The notes below the pieces were generated by a model. That model worked only from the letters and a program-made list of their open reading frames with translations. It made no database searches and was not told the origin of the DNA. The position numbers and the translations under genes are program-made. Below, in pieces: positions 12,591-25,643 of a stretch of DNA of 36,166 nt (the first letter of the stretch is position 1; each line of letters opens with the position of its first letter). Source of the stretch: Vicugna vicugna (lineage: Eukaryota); NCBI GenBank assembly GCA_013265495.1, contig MU058844.1, positions 3,419,819-3,455,984 of the forward strand. Reading direction: 5' to 3'.

Positions 12591-15079
12591 CCGCCATATC
12601 ATGTCATAGCATGGATAATTATACAATACCACAGATATCAGAAATGCAAGGAAAACTGAGTATTGCTTTTAAAAAGCAAAATTGAATTTTTATAAAGATT
12701 TAGGGCAAAGGCAAATTGCATCTATTTGGGGAAGATGAGGAATGACTTCATTACTTTTGCAAGTGCAAATTAAAGTCAACTAATATAAAGTGCATTGTGT
12801 ACACTGAGATCACACAGGAAGCTTTCACTCGCTGCTTTTTGAATGATACAATGCACAATAAATAGACAGAAGGGTGGTTCTCAATACCCAGCTGTGAATA
12901 TACATTACTGTTACAATCACAGTTATCATTAATGGTACTAAAATGTTCACATTATGCTAGATGGTGAATAGAACAATCAATAAATATAATATTTGCCCTC
13001 TAAAAATGTTCTGTAATGCTTGCCAATTTTCTGAATGTAGCTTTGTTAAATGATTGGATGGATTCTTGTGTTAAAATTGCCTCTTCATAGTATTAAAACA
13101 CAGAAAGGAAGCTAGTCTTATTCAAGTGAGCAAAGCATGAGTTCCTTTGTACAATTAAAAAAAATTATCTCATGACTTTTATCACACAGCTCATTTCTTT
13201 GAACTTGGCACTTGAAGAGTTCTGAGGAACAGAAAATAGGCCTGTGAAAAAGGTCAAGGAATGCATTATTTACCTCAGAGAGTAAGCAAGCCCAGGAAAT
13301 AATTTTTCAGAAATTTATTCTAAATAATCCTTCTGATTCTGTGATGATTTTTGTCTCATAAAAATAATGAGAATAGTTATTTAGGACACAATTTGACTTG
13401 TTGGTTTGGTTGGCTTTCTGTATACATTATTATGATACGAAAGTGGTAGTGCTATATTATTCTTTATATCTTTTCATTGAATTTTTTAAAGTATAGTTGG
13501 AACTTAAAAAGTCAGTTGTTCTTAGATAAAAAGAGAAGGGTTACAGACTCACTGTCAGCACATTGCTGTGGGGTTACACATCTCACTCACGCACACCTGC
13601 AGCGGCTTCCCGTGAGTGTGGTGTGTGCACAGAGGGGCAGCTTTCACAAAGGTGAACAGGTGGCTCTTTTGAGACATCATATGGGTGAAACTAAACCAAA
13701 TATGACTTTCCAAGTCAAACTTCCACTTTTTCCCAAGATGTAATCCTTACTCGAATATGAAATATCTTTTTAAAAAGTACACCATTGTACAATATAAGCT
13801 ATTACCAGCCTCAGAATATAGATTCATACACACACATGACCTTTTTTGAACAGAGTGAAGTATCATTATAAATAATGATTTATTTCTAATCTAGTCATTT
13901 CAGCATGCTGCATAAATTATTCTTTTTGAATTCTATACGTAAGAAATAATAATGAATCCCTTAATCTGTAGACCTTTGGGTTATAGCAGCAGAATTCACA
14001 GAAGACATAATGGCTACTTGTTTTCTCTGGAATTTACAGAAAGTTTTACTGGTGTTATATTTGTCTAGAATACGGGAAATAGCATTTTTATATTAACTCG
14101 GAAGAGAGCGCACTAATTCTGGTTCAGTACCTACCTGCTCTCTTCCTCTACCTCCCGCAGATAATTCTGGTCAGTATTTTATCATTAATTAAGATTTACC
14201 TGGTGCAGTGCAGATTGTAGACTCAGCACAGGGCAGTAGAAGACAAATCTTCCTGTAAGGGATTCACAGTTTATGGTTGCCTAATCATGTAAGAAGTAGA
14301 ACTTAGAAGGAATTTTTGGTACAGATTTTCTTTGTCCTACCCATTCATGGCTTCAAAATTAATACGCTTCCCTGGAGATGAGAATAAAGATTAAAGACAA
14401 AGACAGACAGATTTGTGGCCTCAGCTGTCTTTTTCAAGGGCACTGAATTAATCATTCAGATATTCTGGTTGATAGCTGCACGAGGGTTGGGTGAGGGGTG
14501 TTTTTCAAGTCTTCTGACAAAAATAAAAATTCCAGTTTGGTTTGAAGAAGAAAAATCAAAGCCCTCAGTAAAGCCTTATCCCCAAGGCCTCTTTTTCTCT
14601 TTGAGAAAAAGATGTATGCTTTTTCCCAAGGGATAAACAGAAGGCTTTCTCAGCTCAGTGAATTTAGTTTGGGAGACACAAATTTCACATGACACTCTCT
14701 GATTTTACCCTAGAAATATTTTTAAATCAGTCATATTTGACCAGGTGGGTATGTCCCTATAAGGACACACAATACACTGTGTAGATACGTAAGATGGAGG
14801 AGAGGTGGTCAGTTTTCTCCTTCAGGACCTATGGCCTTGTCTTCCTAAGAATTTGAGAAATGGAGAGAATTATGTTGTGGTCCTGTGACAGCCCAACATG
14901 GGTAACTCTGTAGCCCTCTTTTCTGTTGTTCTGATTAATCTGTCCACTCCTTGGTTAAAGCTGGCTTTTGATCTCCAGGAAGGAACCAAAGACAGAGCAA
15001 CACTCTGAGTCACTTCTGAAAGACGGCCGTCCTCTCTCGGTCAGGACTCTCAGATGAACTCACTGACTGTCTGAATCCT

Positions 15080-16918
15080 TTGTGCTGATGGTGGACTTGG
15101 TGTAAAGCCTCTCACTCACTGACCACCACTTCCTCCAGTCTTCCAAGTCTGATAATTCAGCAACCCCAGGAGGGCCTCCCTCCCATCCACGGAGCTTCTG
15201 CCTTTCCACTGCCCACCTTCCGTGTCTGTGTGTCTCCTTGCCCTGTAGTCTACCCTCATAGTCACGCCCTTGCCCCTTTCTCTCTGTTGTACTCACCCCA
15301 AAAAACTTCAGCCTGGTCAAATCTACTTCTCTGCCTATTCTCCACCTGCATGCAAGCAACTGGATTTGACTAGACAGCCATGCTGACTGCTCTCCCCTTA
15401 AATTTATTTAGACAAAGCTCCAGGGGCACTCAGTACTGCCTAGCAGTCATTTGCCAAGTAGTTATCCTCTCACTGCCCTGTGATATCAGTGTCCTCTTTC
15501 TGCTTGGTCTTCTCCATCAGCACACATTTGAAGTGTATTTCCCATCTTTAGAAAGGAAAACTTCATCTGACCCCTCATCCCTTTCTAGCTCCTGTCTCAC
15601 TGCTCTGCTCCCCTTTATAGCAAAACTCCTCAAAAGAATGGCATATGTTTAGTCTTCATTTCTTCACTTTCTGCTCTTCTGAATCCACTCCAGCTAAGCT
15701 TCTGTCCCCACCACTCCAGTCTTGTTAAAAGTCCCAATGGCTCATCCAAATCAGCCTTTCTGCAGGACTTGGTCTAGTGATCACTCCCTTCTCCTTGAAA
15801 CTCTGTTCTTACTGGGCTTCTGGTCCAGTACCGTGGGCCACAAGTCACCTTTCCTGCTCCCTTCCTGCCTTCTGAAAGTCTTTGCAATTGTTCTCTTGTT
15901 TGGCTCCTCCTTCAATGGTTGTAAACACCATGGCCGAGCACCCCAACTCCAAGGCAACAGAAGCTTCTGCACTTGGTCCCCTTCCAGATCTTTCCTTATG
16001 TACCTCTTCAGCTGGCTGTTCATTTGTATCCTTTATAAAAACTGATAAACATATCTGTTCTGATAACTCCCAAATTTATACCTCTAGCCCCAACCTATCT
16101 ACGGAAATCTAGAATCATGTATTTCCAGTTGTATCCATGACTTTTCCCCTTGGAAGTCTAATAGGCATCTCAAACCGTAAGATGCCCAAAACTTATTCTC
16201 TACTGCTCCTCCATTAAAAAAATACATCATCGGTGGAGCCAAACTGTAATGTAATACTTTACCCAGAAAAATTTTTCTTTATAACCCTTGTTACTACCTG
16301 ACATCACACGTCTATACATTTTCCTACTTCACTCACTGGAGTATAACCCCATGTCAACAGGGTCTCTTTTGTTTATTCATTTCTTGTAGTAGGCAGAAAT
16401 GATGGTCCATAAAGATGTCCGTGTCCTCATCCCCAGAATCTGTGAATGCATTTCTTACAAGGCAAAAGGGGCTATGCAAATCTGATTAAGTTAAGGATCT
16501 TGAAATGGGAAGATTATCCTAGATTATGGTCCAGTGCAGTCACAATGGTCCTTAACAGGGGAAGGAGGGAGGTATAGGAATTAGACAAGAAGGTATGTCA
16601 GTGGAAGTAGAGATTGGAGTGATGTGACCTTGAGCCATAGAATGCAGGCATCCTTGAGGAGCTGGAAAAGTCAAGGAACAGATTCTCCTGTAGAGCTCCA
16701 GAAGGAACACAGCTCTGCTGACACCTTGATTTTAGCTCTGTAAAACCTATTTGGACCTTCAGAACTTTAAGGTAATAAATTGGTGGTGTTTTAAGCCACT
16801 AAACATGTGATAATTTGTTACAGCAAAGGTGGGAAACTAATACACTCCTATTTCTCTGGCACTTAGAATTTTCCTGGCACATACGTGTAAATATAACAAT
16901 TTTGTTTGAATAAATGAT
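15080..16918 (+). mobile_element. Long LINE-2 fragment, split by an MLT1 LTR
   Basis: Pyrimidine-rich L2 motifs (tcactccctt ctccttgaaac, tgataactcccaaatttatacctctagccc, tctaataggcatctcaaac) ending cctggcacata...tttgtttgaataaatga. Confidence 0.75.
16385..16844 (+). mobile_element. MLT1 (MLT1D-like) ERVL-MaLR solo LTR
   Basis: Starts TGTAGTAGGCAGAA and ends GGAAACTAATACA. Internal gattaagttaaggatcttgaaatggg and ctgctgacaccttgattttagc, plus AATAAA. Confidence 0.88.
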
Positions 16919-16935
16919 ATGTCTTCATTATTTTA

Positions 16936-17897
16936 TTTATTTTATTATATATATATATATTTTATTGAAGTCTAGTCAGTTTATACAATGTGGCAATTTC
17001 TGGTATATAGCTATAGCATAATGCTTCAGTCATACATGAACATACATATATTTATTTTCATATTTTTTCACCATAAGTTACTACAAGATAATGAATATAG
17101 TTCCCTATGGTATATAGTATGAACTTGTTGTTTATCTATTTTATACATATTAGTATCTGCAAATCTCAAACTCCCAATTTATCCCTTCCCATCCCCTTTA
17201 CCCCAGTAACCATAAGTTTATTTTCTATGTCTGTGAGTCTGTTTCTGTTTTGTAAATAAGTTAATTTGCCTTTTTTTTAGATTCCACATACAAGTGATAT
17301 ATGGTATTTTTCTTTCTCTTTCTGGCTTACTTCACTTAGAATGACAATCTCCAGGTCCATCCATGTTGCTGCAGATGGCATTATTTTATTCTTTTTTATA
17401 GCTGAGTAGTATTCCATTGTACAAATATACCACAGCTTCTTTATCCAGTCATCTGTCGATGGGCATTTAGGTTGTTTCCATGTCTTAGCTATTGTAAATA
17501 GTGCCACTATGAACATTCGGGTGCCAGTGTCTTTTTGAATTAGGGTTCCTTCTGGATATATGCCTAGGAGTGAGATTGCTAGGTCATATGGTAAGTCTGT
17601 TTTTAGTCTTTTGTGGAACCTCCATACTGTTTGCCACAGTGGCTGCACCAAACTGCCTTCCCACCAGCAGTGTAGGAGGGTTCCCTTTTCTCCACAGCCT
17701 CTCTAGCATTTATCCTTTGTGGACTTTTGAATGATGGCCATTCTGACTGGTGTGAGGTGATACCTCATTGTAGTTTTGATTTGCATTTCTCTGCTAATTA
17801 GCAATGTTGAGCATTTTTTCATGTGCTTATTGGCCATTTGTATGTCTTCACTGGAGAGTTGCTTGTAACATCTTCTGCCCATTTTTGGATCGGATTG
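16936..17897 (-). mobile_element. 5'-truncated lineage-specific L1 (ORF2 C-terminus plus 3' UTR), disrupted
   Basis: Minus-strand ORFs give L1 ORF2p peptides ([30 protein letters not shown]...WKQPKCPSTDDWIKKLWYICTMEYYSAIKKN). Exact 16-bp TSD tgtcttcattatttta at 16920-16935 and 17898-17913. Confidence 0.95.
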
Positions 17898-18734
17898 TGT
17901 CTTCATTATTTTAGATCTCATATAAAGATTATTGAGGTTTCTAATCCCTACTCTAAATGTTATCATTGAAAATTATCTATTATTTCTTTGAAAAGTAGTA
18001 TTTGCTCTTATTTTTGTCCAGGCAAAAGATATCCTTTGTTATCCTAGCCTATTTCAGGCAGGCATTTTATAAGTGTGTATGTGTGCACGTGCGTGTGTGT
18101 AGTGATTTAAAAAATCTCAGAATGTCAGGAATGGAAAGGATTTTTAAAGGGCATTCGGTTTGAATTTCCTGATGTTTGTATATTTCTCACAATATCCCTA
18201 ACAAGTGATCATTCCAAGTCTATTTTAGAACCTTCAATGATGGGAAACTTACTTGAGCTGGAAGGGTCAGACCACTTTTGGATAGGCTTTTCTGACTTTT
18301 GTCTGTTTTGTTCTCTACTTACAGAAATAAACCAAAACTAGAAATGTTAATTATAAACCAAAATTGACTTATTTTAACCCTTCATTAAGGATATATCTGA
18401 AGTTCAGGTCGCTGTTTATCTTTATATGTAAAAATGCCTACTTTTGCATACACACTTGTCAGAAAATCCTTATGCTGTTTCATCAGAAACCATCAAATAA
18501 ATATACTTTGGGATAAAAATCAAGAAGTGATTTGCAGTTAAGTCATAAACGCTTGCATTACTTCCTCATTGTGCCTCTGAGGAGGCATATAAAACTGATT
18601 TTTTTCAGTATGATTCAGTAGAGAACTGTATTGGCTTAACTTTGGACTTTACGTCTCCAAATACTGTCAAATTATTACTAATTACATTTTTGTGAATGGC
18701 TCAGCTGATTCAGGACAGTCTGCTAAATTTGGCT

Positions 18735-18900
18735 CAACAGATGTTGAGCCCTGTCTGTGTCTCATGCACTATGCTGGGCACCTGAGAAAGAAAGATGGCA
18801 AAGGTGTGCCTCCCCCCCTCAAGAGAGTAGCCCTGATAATCTAGTGGGGAATACAGACATGGAGAGACGAGTTTAATGAGAAGTGCTAGACGCTCTACTA
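18735..18900 (-). mobile_element. LINE-2 3' fragment
   Basis: tcaacagatgttgagccctgtctgtgtc...gcactatgctgggcac matches the antisense L2 end. Confidence 0.6.
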
Positions 18901-20967
18901 TGAGGGTGAAGTGGCGCCAGTGATTCGTTCTGACTTGCCAGCCCAGACAGTGGGTGAGTAGGAAGGGGAGGAGGAGGAGAGGAAAAGAGAATAAATGTAA
19001 TGCAGGAACTTCTGTATGTAACTGGGCACCATAGTATCTTGAATGTTCCATCATTAATTATATAAGCAGTAATAGTTTAAACGTGTGGCCGTTAATCACA
19101 TTGTGAAATGGTTAACTTCCAATAAAAATTTGCTTGCAAATGCCACAATTTTCACTCTTTGTTGATGCATTAAGAGAATTAATTCTCTAGTGGAAGTGAC
19201 AAAGGGATATTTATGCATTAAAATTAACCATGTCATTTAAACCTGTTAAGAGTCGTTCGTCCCTGTAACGTGACAGGCTTCGTATCTAGCTCTCAGGGCT
19301 GGCAGAGTAGCTGGCATCAGTTAGCTCTAGCTTTTCCTCTGTTGCGTATGCTCAGGTGAAAGTGGAGCCTTGTCACCTGCAGAAACAAGGATTGCTCAGC
19401 TACTCAGATTTATCCTGTGCACTCGGTGAGGCTGCGTTTCCCATCTTTGAGACGGCAACCCTGGGCTTCTCCAGGGAGGACTTAAGGGTGGTGACTGCCC
19501 TGCCATCCATTTGGAGGAAGCTGTTCCCTGGGGAACTGTAAGCTCCATGGAGGCAGGTGCCACTTCTGACTTGTCCTTTGCTGTAGCTTTAATGCCTCCT
19601 GTGGAAGGCCTTCATTTGTTGAATGAACCAATGAATGCTATTGTTATGCCCCTGAAGTGTCTGCAACAAAGAGATGTGGGGCCACGTGTGATTTCTCCCT
19701 TGTATGGACCACCACAGCGTCCGTTCTTTTCTGTGTCTTACTGGCATTTGTTTGCTGTGCTTCTTGTTTATCCAGCATTGCCAGCAATGTGCCGGGCACT
19801 GTGCGGGAGGTAGGCCTGCTCTGTCTCAGTTCTCTCACCGCTATAGAGAATCCTCCTCGATTGCAGGCGTCCCGTTGTCCTCACATTTAACACTGGTAAA
19901 TGTTTAGTGTTGTGTCAGTGTCCAATAAGCATTCCTCCAAAAATGAGTATTTAGCAGCTCTGAGGTAGGAGAGGCCCTCAGTGTCCTGGGAGCAGCAGAT
20001 ACTGCGGCCTCACGTGCCACACTTTTCCTAACCCAGAATCTTGAACATATTTTCCCTTTTCAGCTTTTTTTATTTTAATTTTATAAATGAGTGCGTTGAA
20101 ACCTCCCCAGGCTGTGCACCCTGCTCTTTCCCTGTGCAAACAGGACAGTGGGTAGGAATCTGCTACTATCCAGGCTCCTGTGCCTTTGAGAGACAGGAGG
20201 ACAGATGTGTCGGCTGGTTGATGTTGTGGGATAGCGATCTTGCACTTCTCCCCTCTCTGCCCACTCCCTTTTTCCTGTGTTTATTCATCGCCATGTGTCA
20301 TATGATAGTAATGCATTTCTTTGCTGATTCCAAACAAGAAAACCATTATTAAGGGTATATTGAGTTCTTTCCTGCCTAGACTGTCTATGGCTTTCAACCT
20401 TTTCTTTGCCCATTTCCTATTGCCCTTCTTCACTAACCACACTGACTGCAACCCCCAGGGTTCAGTGACTGACTTGTTAATGAGATTGAGGCCTTTTCCC
20501 ATGATGGCCAAAGCTGCTGCTACAGTAAGGCCAGTGATGCCTGCGGCCGGTGTACATACGTAGGTGTGTTGTGATCCGTGTGAAAAAGACTGTTGTGCTC
20601 ATAGTGTGGTTTCTGTCTGCGAGAATGGTGATAAACTCTGCACATAAGTGGTTAACATGCTCAAAACTGTTCAAGTTTCTGCGAAGTCCAGGGGGTACAG
20701 TGGTGAGAAGAGTAGGCACAACAGTCTAGTGAGGGAGACAGACAGCAGACAAGGAACAAATACATAAGGACATGTCAGATCAGTTAAGGAGGAGCACGTC
20801 AGGATGCCGTGGTAGGGAATGGAAAGTCCACCTTCATTAGGCTGGTCGGGGACTACTTTTCTAAAGATGGGACATTTAAGCTGAAATTTGAAGATCAAAA
20901 AGGATTCCGCCATGCTAGGAGGGCAGAGAAGGCAGAGCAGAAGCAATGCTAAAAAAAAAAATCTGTT

Positions 20968-21140
20968 GGGGGAGGGTATAGCTCCAGTGGGAGAGTGTCT
21001 GCTTAGCATGCACGAGGTCCTGGGTTCAATCCCCGGTTCCGCCATTAAAATAAATAAACCTATTTATTTCCTCCCCTCCCCCCCCAAAAAGCAAGACAAA
21101 CAACAAAAAATGTTTTTAAGAAAATTAGATTAAATGTTTT
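20968..21140 (+). mobile_element. tRNA-derived SINE (camelid vic-1-like)
   Basis: gggggagggtatagctccagtgggagagtg (A box) ... gggttcaatcccc (B box), then an A-rich tail. Degenerate TSD aaaaa(a/g)tctgt. Homologous to the copy at 35079-35228. Confidence 0.85.
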
Positions 21141-21480
21141 AAAAAGTCTGTCCTTCGAGCAGGAGTTATACATTTTAGGGTGGTTGTGCATGGCCATCCA
21201 TACACTGTCTCCGGCCAGTGAGGGGCTGCCTGGGATCAGGAATGCAGACTGTGAGACAGGACGTCGTGTCCCGTACTCATCTTTTCACTGTTCTCATTTC
21301 AGTGTTTGCCGCCAGTCAGTAGCTGGGGCCCAGGTGGGTAAGTGCTCTATGTTGTTTCCCTTTGTTCACTCAGGATGAGAGTAAGTGGGCCATGGGTGCT
21401 TCTGGGCATGGCTAGTGAGGGGCATTAAAAATCCTGTATGTTAACTTACTCTTCTATGATCTATGATTGCTAGGAGTTTT

Positions 21481-21613
21481 GGGGTTTTTTTTAACTTTTT
21501 TTTTATTGAGTTATAGTCATTTTACAACGTGTCAAATTCCAGTGTAGAGCACAATTTTTCAAGTTATACATGAACGTTATTCATTGTCACTTTTTTTTTT
21601 TTGCTGTGAGCTA
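21481..21613 (-). mobile_element. Short L1 3'-end insertion with 19-bp TSD
   Basis: T-rich tail then ttattgagttatagtcattttacaacgtgtcaaattccagtgtagagcac. TSD tatga(t/c)tgctaggagtttt at 21462-21480 and 21614-21632. Confidence 0.85.
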
Positions 21614-22364
21614 TATGACTGCTAGGAGTTTTGCTTATGAACATTTCAGGGATGGCTTTAGCTTTTCTTCATCATGTGGAGTTGAGTAATTTAAAGTGTC
21701 AGTAGGATTGCTTGGGATGCCTGGATTTTACTGAGTGCTTCATACCCAAAAAAGTCATTTCCATTCAGGTGTTTTAGGTTAACACCCTAACAGTGTCAGG
21801 CACATCACAAAGGTGGAAAATTTGGGGGTACAGAGCGTAACTGCTCAGGGACCCGGAGGTTTTGGAGGCACATATAGCCTGGTAGGCAATATAGCAAAAG
21901 TGTAAGTTCATAGATGTCTGAGGGAGAAAAGTAGAAAAGATAAATTACCAAATGACTGAAGGCACCAGTATGTCTGTTTCAGGAGAACAGGTCTTGGCTC
22001 TTGCCACCCGCTGCTGGGCTCTCACCATTTAGAGCAGTGCGTGGCATAGAGGGAGCTCCAGAAATACTGGTTGTATGAACAAACAAAAAGAGCCTGAGCA
22101 GATACACTCAGCTGGGTAAGAGCAGCATGATGTGCCTTATGCGTGTTTTAAAATGAGCTTGAACTGGGAATGCCGGATTTTCAGTTTTTTATTTCCAACA
22201 AATGGTGAATTAGTAATGTTATGACAGAGGGAAATTTGAGTTTTTATCTTCCCCCCAAAATGGTTGGGAGGGTCATGGAGAACAGTGGCTTTGCTCCCAC
22301 AGTTACAGTACCTGGAGTACTTGGCATCTCTTGGATTTATGACTGGTCATGTTCCATACACCTT

Positions 22365-22530
22365 TCCTACCTGTGTGGCTTTGGGCAAGTTATTTAGTCT
22401 CTCTGTATCTCTTTCCTCATTTGTAAAATGAGAATAGTGGTAGAGCATACCTGAGAGGGTTATTGTGAGGATCAAACCAGTCAGTGTGTGTAAAGCCCTT
22501 GAAACAGTGCTGAGCACACAGCAAGCTGTG
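22365..22530 (+). mobile_element. MIR SINE
   Basis: tgtggctttgggcaagttatttagtctctctg...ttcctcatttgtaaaatgagaata...gggttattgtgaggat. Confidence 0.88.
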
Positions 22531-22684
22531 TATGTGCTGACCGCCACCTCTGTGTTCTCATCGCCATCAGAAGTGTGCTTCCCGCATGGAACGCTCCTAT
22601 GTCAAGTGGTAACCAGAGATGAAGACTGACTAAAATTGTAAAACTTCTGTGATTTCTGTGATGCATATATTTGGATTCTTTCTT

Positions 22685-24485
22685 TTCGTAATAGCTTTAA
22701 TGAGATATAATTCACAGGCTATAAATTCGACACTTTAAATGGTACAGTTTTTAATGGGTTTTAGAATAGTTAGAGTTGTGCAGCCGTCTCCGCCATCTAA
22801 TTTTCGAATATTTAATCACTCCCCAAATAATTTTAGAGTATTTTCATCATCCACATACCCTTTACCTATCAGTATCTGGCCATTCTTCTCTCCTCCCAGC
22901 CCCTGGCAACCACTAATCTCAGTCTGTCTTCGTATATTTGTCTATTCTATTTCATATACATGGAATCACATAATATGTGGGTTTTGTGTACAGCTTTTTT
23001 AACTTAGCCTAATGTTTTCCAGGTTCATCAAGTTCAACCATGTGATAGTACCTCATTCTCTTTTGTGAGTGAATGATATCCATTGTGAGGGTAATAGCAC
23101 ATTGTTTTTCATTCATTATCACAGTATTTTGATGCAGGTAGGATGTTACCATTTTATGGACTATTACGAATGCTGCTGCTGTGATTTTCATGGACAGGTT
23201 TTACATGGATGTTTGTTTTGTTCCTCTTGGGTACATACCAAGGAGTGTAATTGCTGGGTCATATGGTAATTCACGTTTAACATTTTGAGGAATTAAAAAC
23301 TGTTTTCCAGAGTACCCGCACCATTTCACAATCCCACCAGCAGCATATGAGGGTTCCAATTTCTCTGTATCTGCACCAACATTTGTTATATTCTTTTTTA
23401 TTTTAGTCATCCTAGTGGGTATGAAGTGGTAGGTATCTCAGTGTGGTTTTGATTTGCATTTTCCTGATAGCTAGTGATTTTGAGCGTCCTTTTATGTGCT
23501 TATTGGCCATTTGGATATCTTCTTTAGAGAAATGTGTGTTCAAATCCTGTTGTCATTTTGTCTTTGAGTTTTAAGAATTCTTTATATGTTCTTTATGAAG
23601 AAATCTCTTTATCAAATATATGATTTCCATAAATCTTCCCCAATTCTTTGGGGTTTTTTAACCCCACTTTCTTGGGGTTGTCTTTTGAAGCACAAAAGTT
23701 TTAAATTTTGATGAAGTCCAATTGATTACTTGTACTTCTGGGGTTGAATCTAATAAGCCTCCGTCTAATCCAAGGTGAGAAAAATTAACTCCTATGTTTT
23801 CGTCTAAGATTTGTATCATTTTCGCTCTTACAATCTACGATCCATTTTGGGTTAATTTATATGATGTGAGGTAGGGGCCCAGAGTCTTTCTTTTGAATTT
23901 AAATATCCAGTTTTCCCAGCACTTTTTAGTGGAAAAAAAGATTCTTCTTCATTAAATTATCTTGGCAACCTTGTCAAAAATGAACTGACCATAAATGTAA
24001 GGGCATATTTCTGGACTCTAAGATCTATTCTATTGATCTGTGTGTCTGTCCTTATGTCAGTACCACACCACATTGATTACCGTGGTTTATTAGTGAATTT
24101 TGAAATTGGGACATGTTAGTCCTCCAACTTTGTCCTTCAATATTATTTTGGCTATTCCTGGTTCTTTGCATTTCTGTATGCATTTTAAGACCAGCTTGTC
24201 GATTTCTTTTAAAAAGGCAGCTGAGATTTTGATAGGGATTGCATTCAGTCGGTATGTATCTATTTGGGAAGTATGGCTATCTTAATATTAAGTCTTATGG
24301 TCCATGAACATAGGCTATGGACTGTCTTCCCATTTATTTAAATTGTCTTTAATTACTTTCAGTGATGGTGTGTTTGTAGTTTTCATTATACAAATCTTGT
24401 ACTTTTTTGTTAAATGTATTCATAAGCATTTTATTCTTTTTGATAATGGATTGTTTTCTTAATTTTATTTTCAGATTTTTTCATT
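22685..24485 (-). mobile_element. Older L1M (L1MB-like) 3' portion
   Basis: agctttaatgagatataattcaca end and decayed ORF2 peptide (EKLEPSYAAGGIVKW...ELPYDPAITLLGMYP). Confidence 0.85.
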
Positions 24486-24487
24486 GC

Positions 24488-25190
24488 CTTTTTTGTTTTT
24501 ATTGTGGTAAAATATATATAAGAAAAATTTACCACTTTAATCATTTTTAAGTGTACAGTTCACTTGCGTTAAGTATTCTCAATGTTGTGTAACTATCACC
24601 ACTATCTATTTTGAGATCTTTTTCATCATTTCAAATTCTTTACTCATTAAGCAACAAGTGCATAAACTCCACATTTCCCCTCCCCGCCAGCTCATAGTAA
24701 CCTCTCTGAATTTGCCTGTTCCAGGTACCTCATATTAGTAGAATCATACAGTATTTTCCTTTGTGTCTTCTTATTTCACTTAGCATGTGGTTCATCCATG
24801 TTGTAGCATGTAACAGAATTACATTTATCTTTATGGTTAAATAATACTCAATTATATGTATATACCACATTTTGTTTATACATTTATCTGTTGATGGAAA
24901 CCAGATTGTTTCTCTCTTTTGGCTCTTGTGAGTAATGCTGCTGTGAATACTGCTGTAAGTTATCTGTTCAGGTCCCTGCTTTCAGTTCTTTTGGATATAT
25001 AGTTAGTTAGGAGTGGAATTGCTGGATTATATGGTAAGTCTATGTTTTAACTGCTGGAGGAATAGCCAAACTGTTTCCATAGCAGTTGACCATTTTATAT
25101 TCCTACCAGCAGTGCATGAAGGTTCCAGATTCTCCATATTCTCACCAATATTTGTTATTTTTCATTTTTTAAAATAATCCTAACAACCTT
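24488..25190 (-). mobile_element. Second older L1M (L1MA/MB-like) 3' portion
   Basis: New T-rich end tttattgtggtaaaatata...aaatttaccactttaatcatttttaagtgtacagttca, followed by antisense ORF2-end motifs (ggaattgctggattatatggta). Confidence 0.85.
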
Positions 25191-25362
25191 TTTAGTGGTG
25201 GAACACCTGATCCTTCAAACAGATAGTTTAATTGAAAAAAAAAAAGGAAAGTTGTGAATTTCCTCCATTCATTTTTCCCTTTTAATTGTAATTTCCATAA
25301 TTTGCTGTAGTTGAGGATGAACCAATGAAAACTGATTTTAGAAGAGGAATGTTGAAAACATG

Positions 25363-25386
25363 ATATATATATATATATATCTCTCT
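25363..25386. repeat. (AT)9(CT)3 microsatellite
   Basis: Read directly, ending ~40 nt upstream of the exon acceptor. Confidence 0.9.
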
Positions 25387-25424
25387 CAACACTTTCACTA
25401 TCTTTTCTATCTTTACTATCAAAG

Positions 25425-25643
25425 ACAATGGAAACCACTGTTAGAACTCTACCAGAGAAAGGTGAGGAGGTCTGCGGATATTTCTTGAACCCTTCTTTAA
25501 TGTCATCAGAATGTTCACCTACAAACTTGAAAAAGAAAACAGAAGACATGAGCGACCTCCCTTCTGAGAGCCAAAGACCCATCCCGCTCGCTGTGGCCGA
25601 TGCACTAGAGCACATCATGGACCAGCTCAACGTTTTAACACAG
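25425..25643 (+). CDS. POC1B: POC1 centriolar protein B, penultimate coding exon (219 bp, phase 0/0)
   Basis: Pyrimidine tract plus AG at 25423-25424 and donor CAG|GTGCGC at 25643/25644. Translates [32 protein letters not shown]...[21 protein letters not shown], recognised as the POC1B linker and start of the C-terminal Poc1 coiled coil. Splices in frame to the next exon. Confidence 0.95.

Larger units (their letters stand above)
1..25424 (+). other. POC1B: Large POC1B intron (upstream exon lies before the window)
   Basis: No POC1B WD40 or linker-coding exon recognised in this repeat-rich stretch, which ends at the AG acceptor 25423-25424. Confidence 0.75.

Noticed and set aside
17277..17966. 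ORFs with L1 ORF2p C-terminal peptides
   Set aside because: They belong to a ~1 kb 5'-truncated, interrupted L1 and are not a functional CDS.
20968..21045. tRNA-like sequence with A and B boxes (also 35155-35228)
   Set aside because: It has a SINE tail, TSDs and a second diverged copy in the window, so it is a SINE head and not a tRNA gene.
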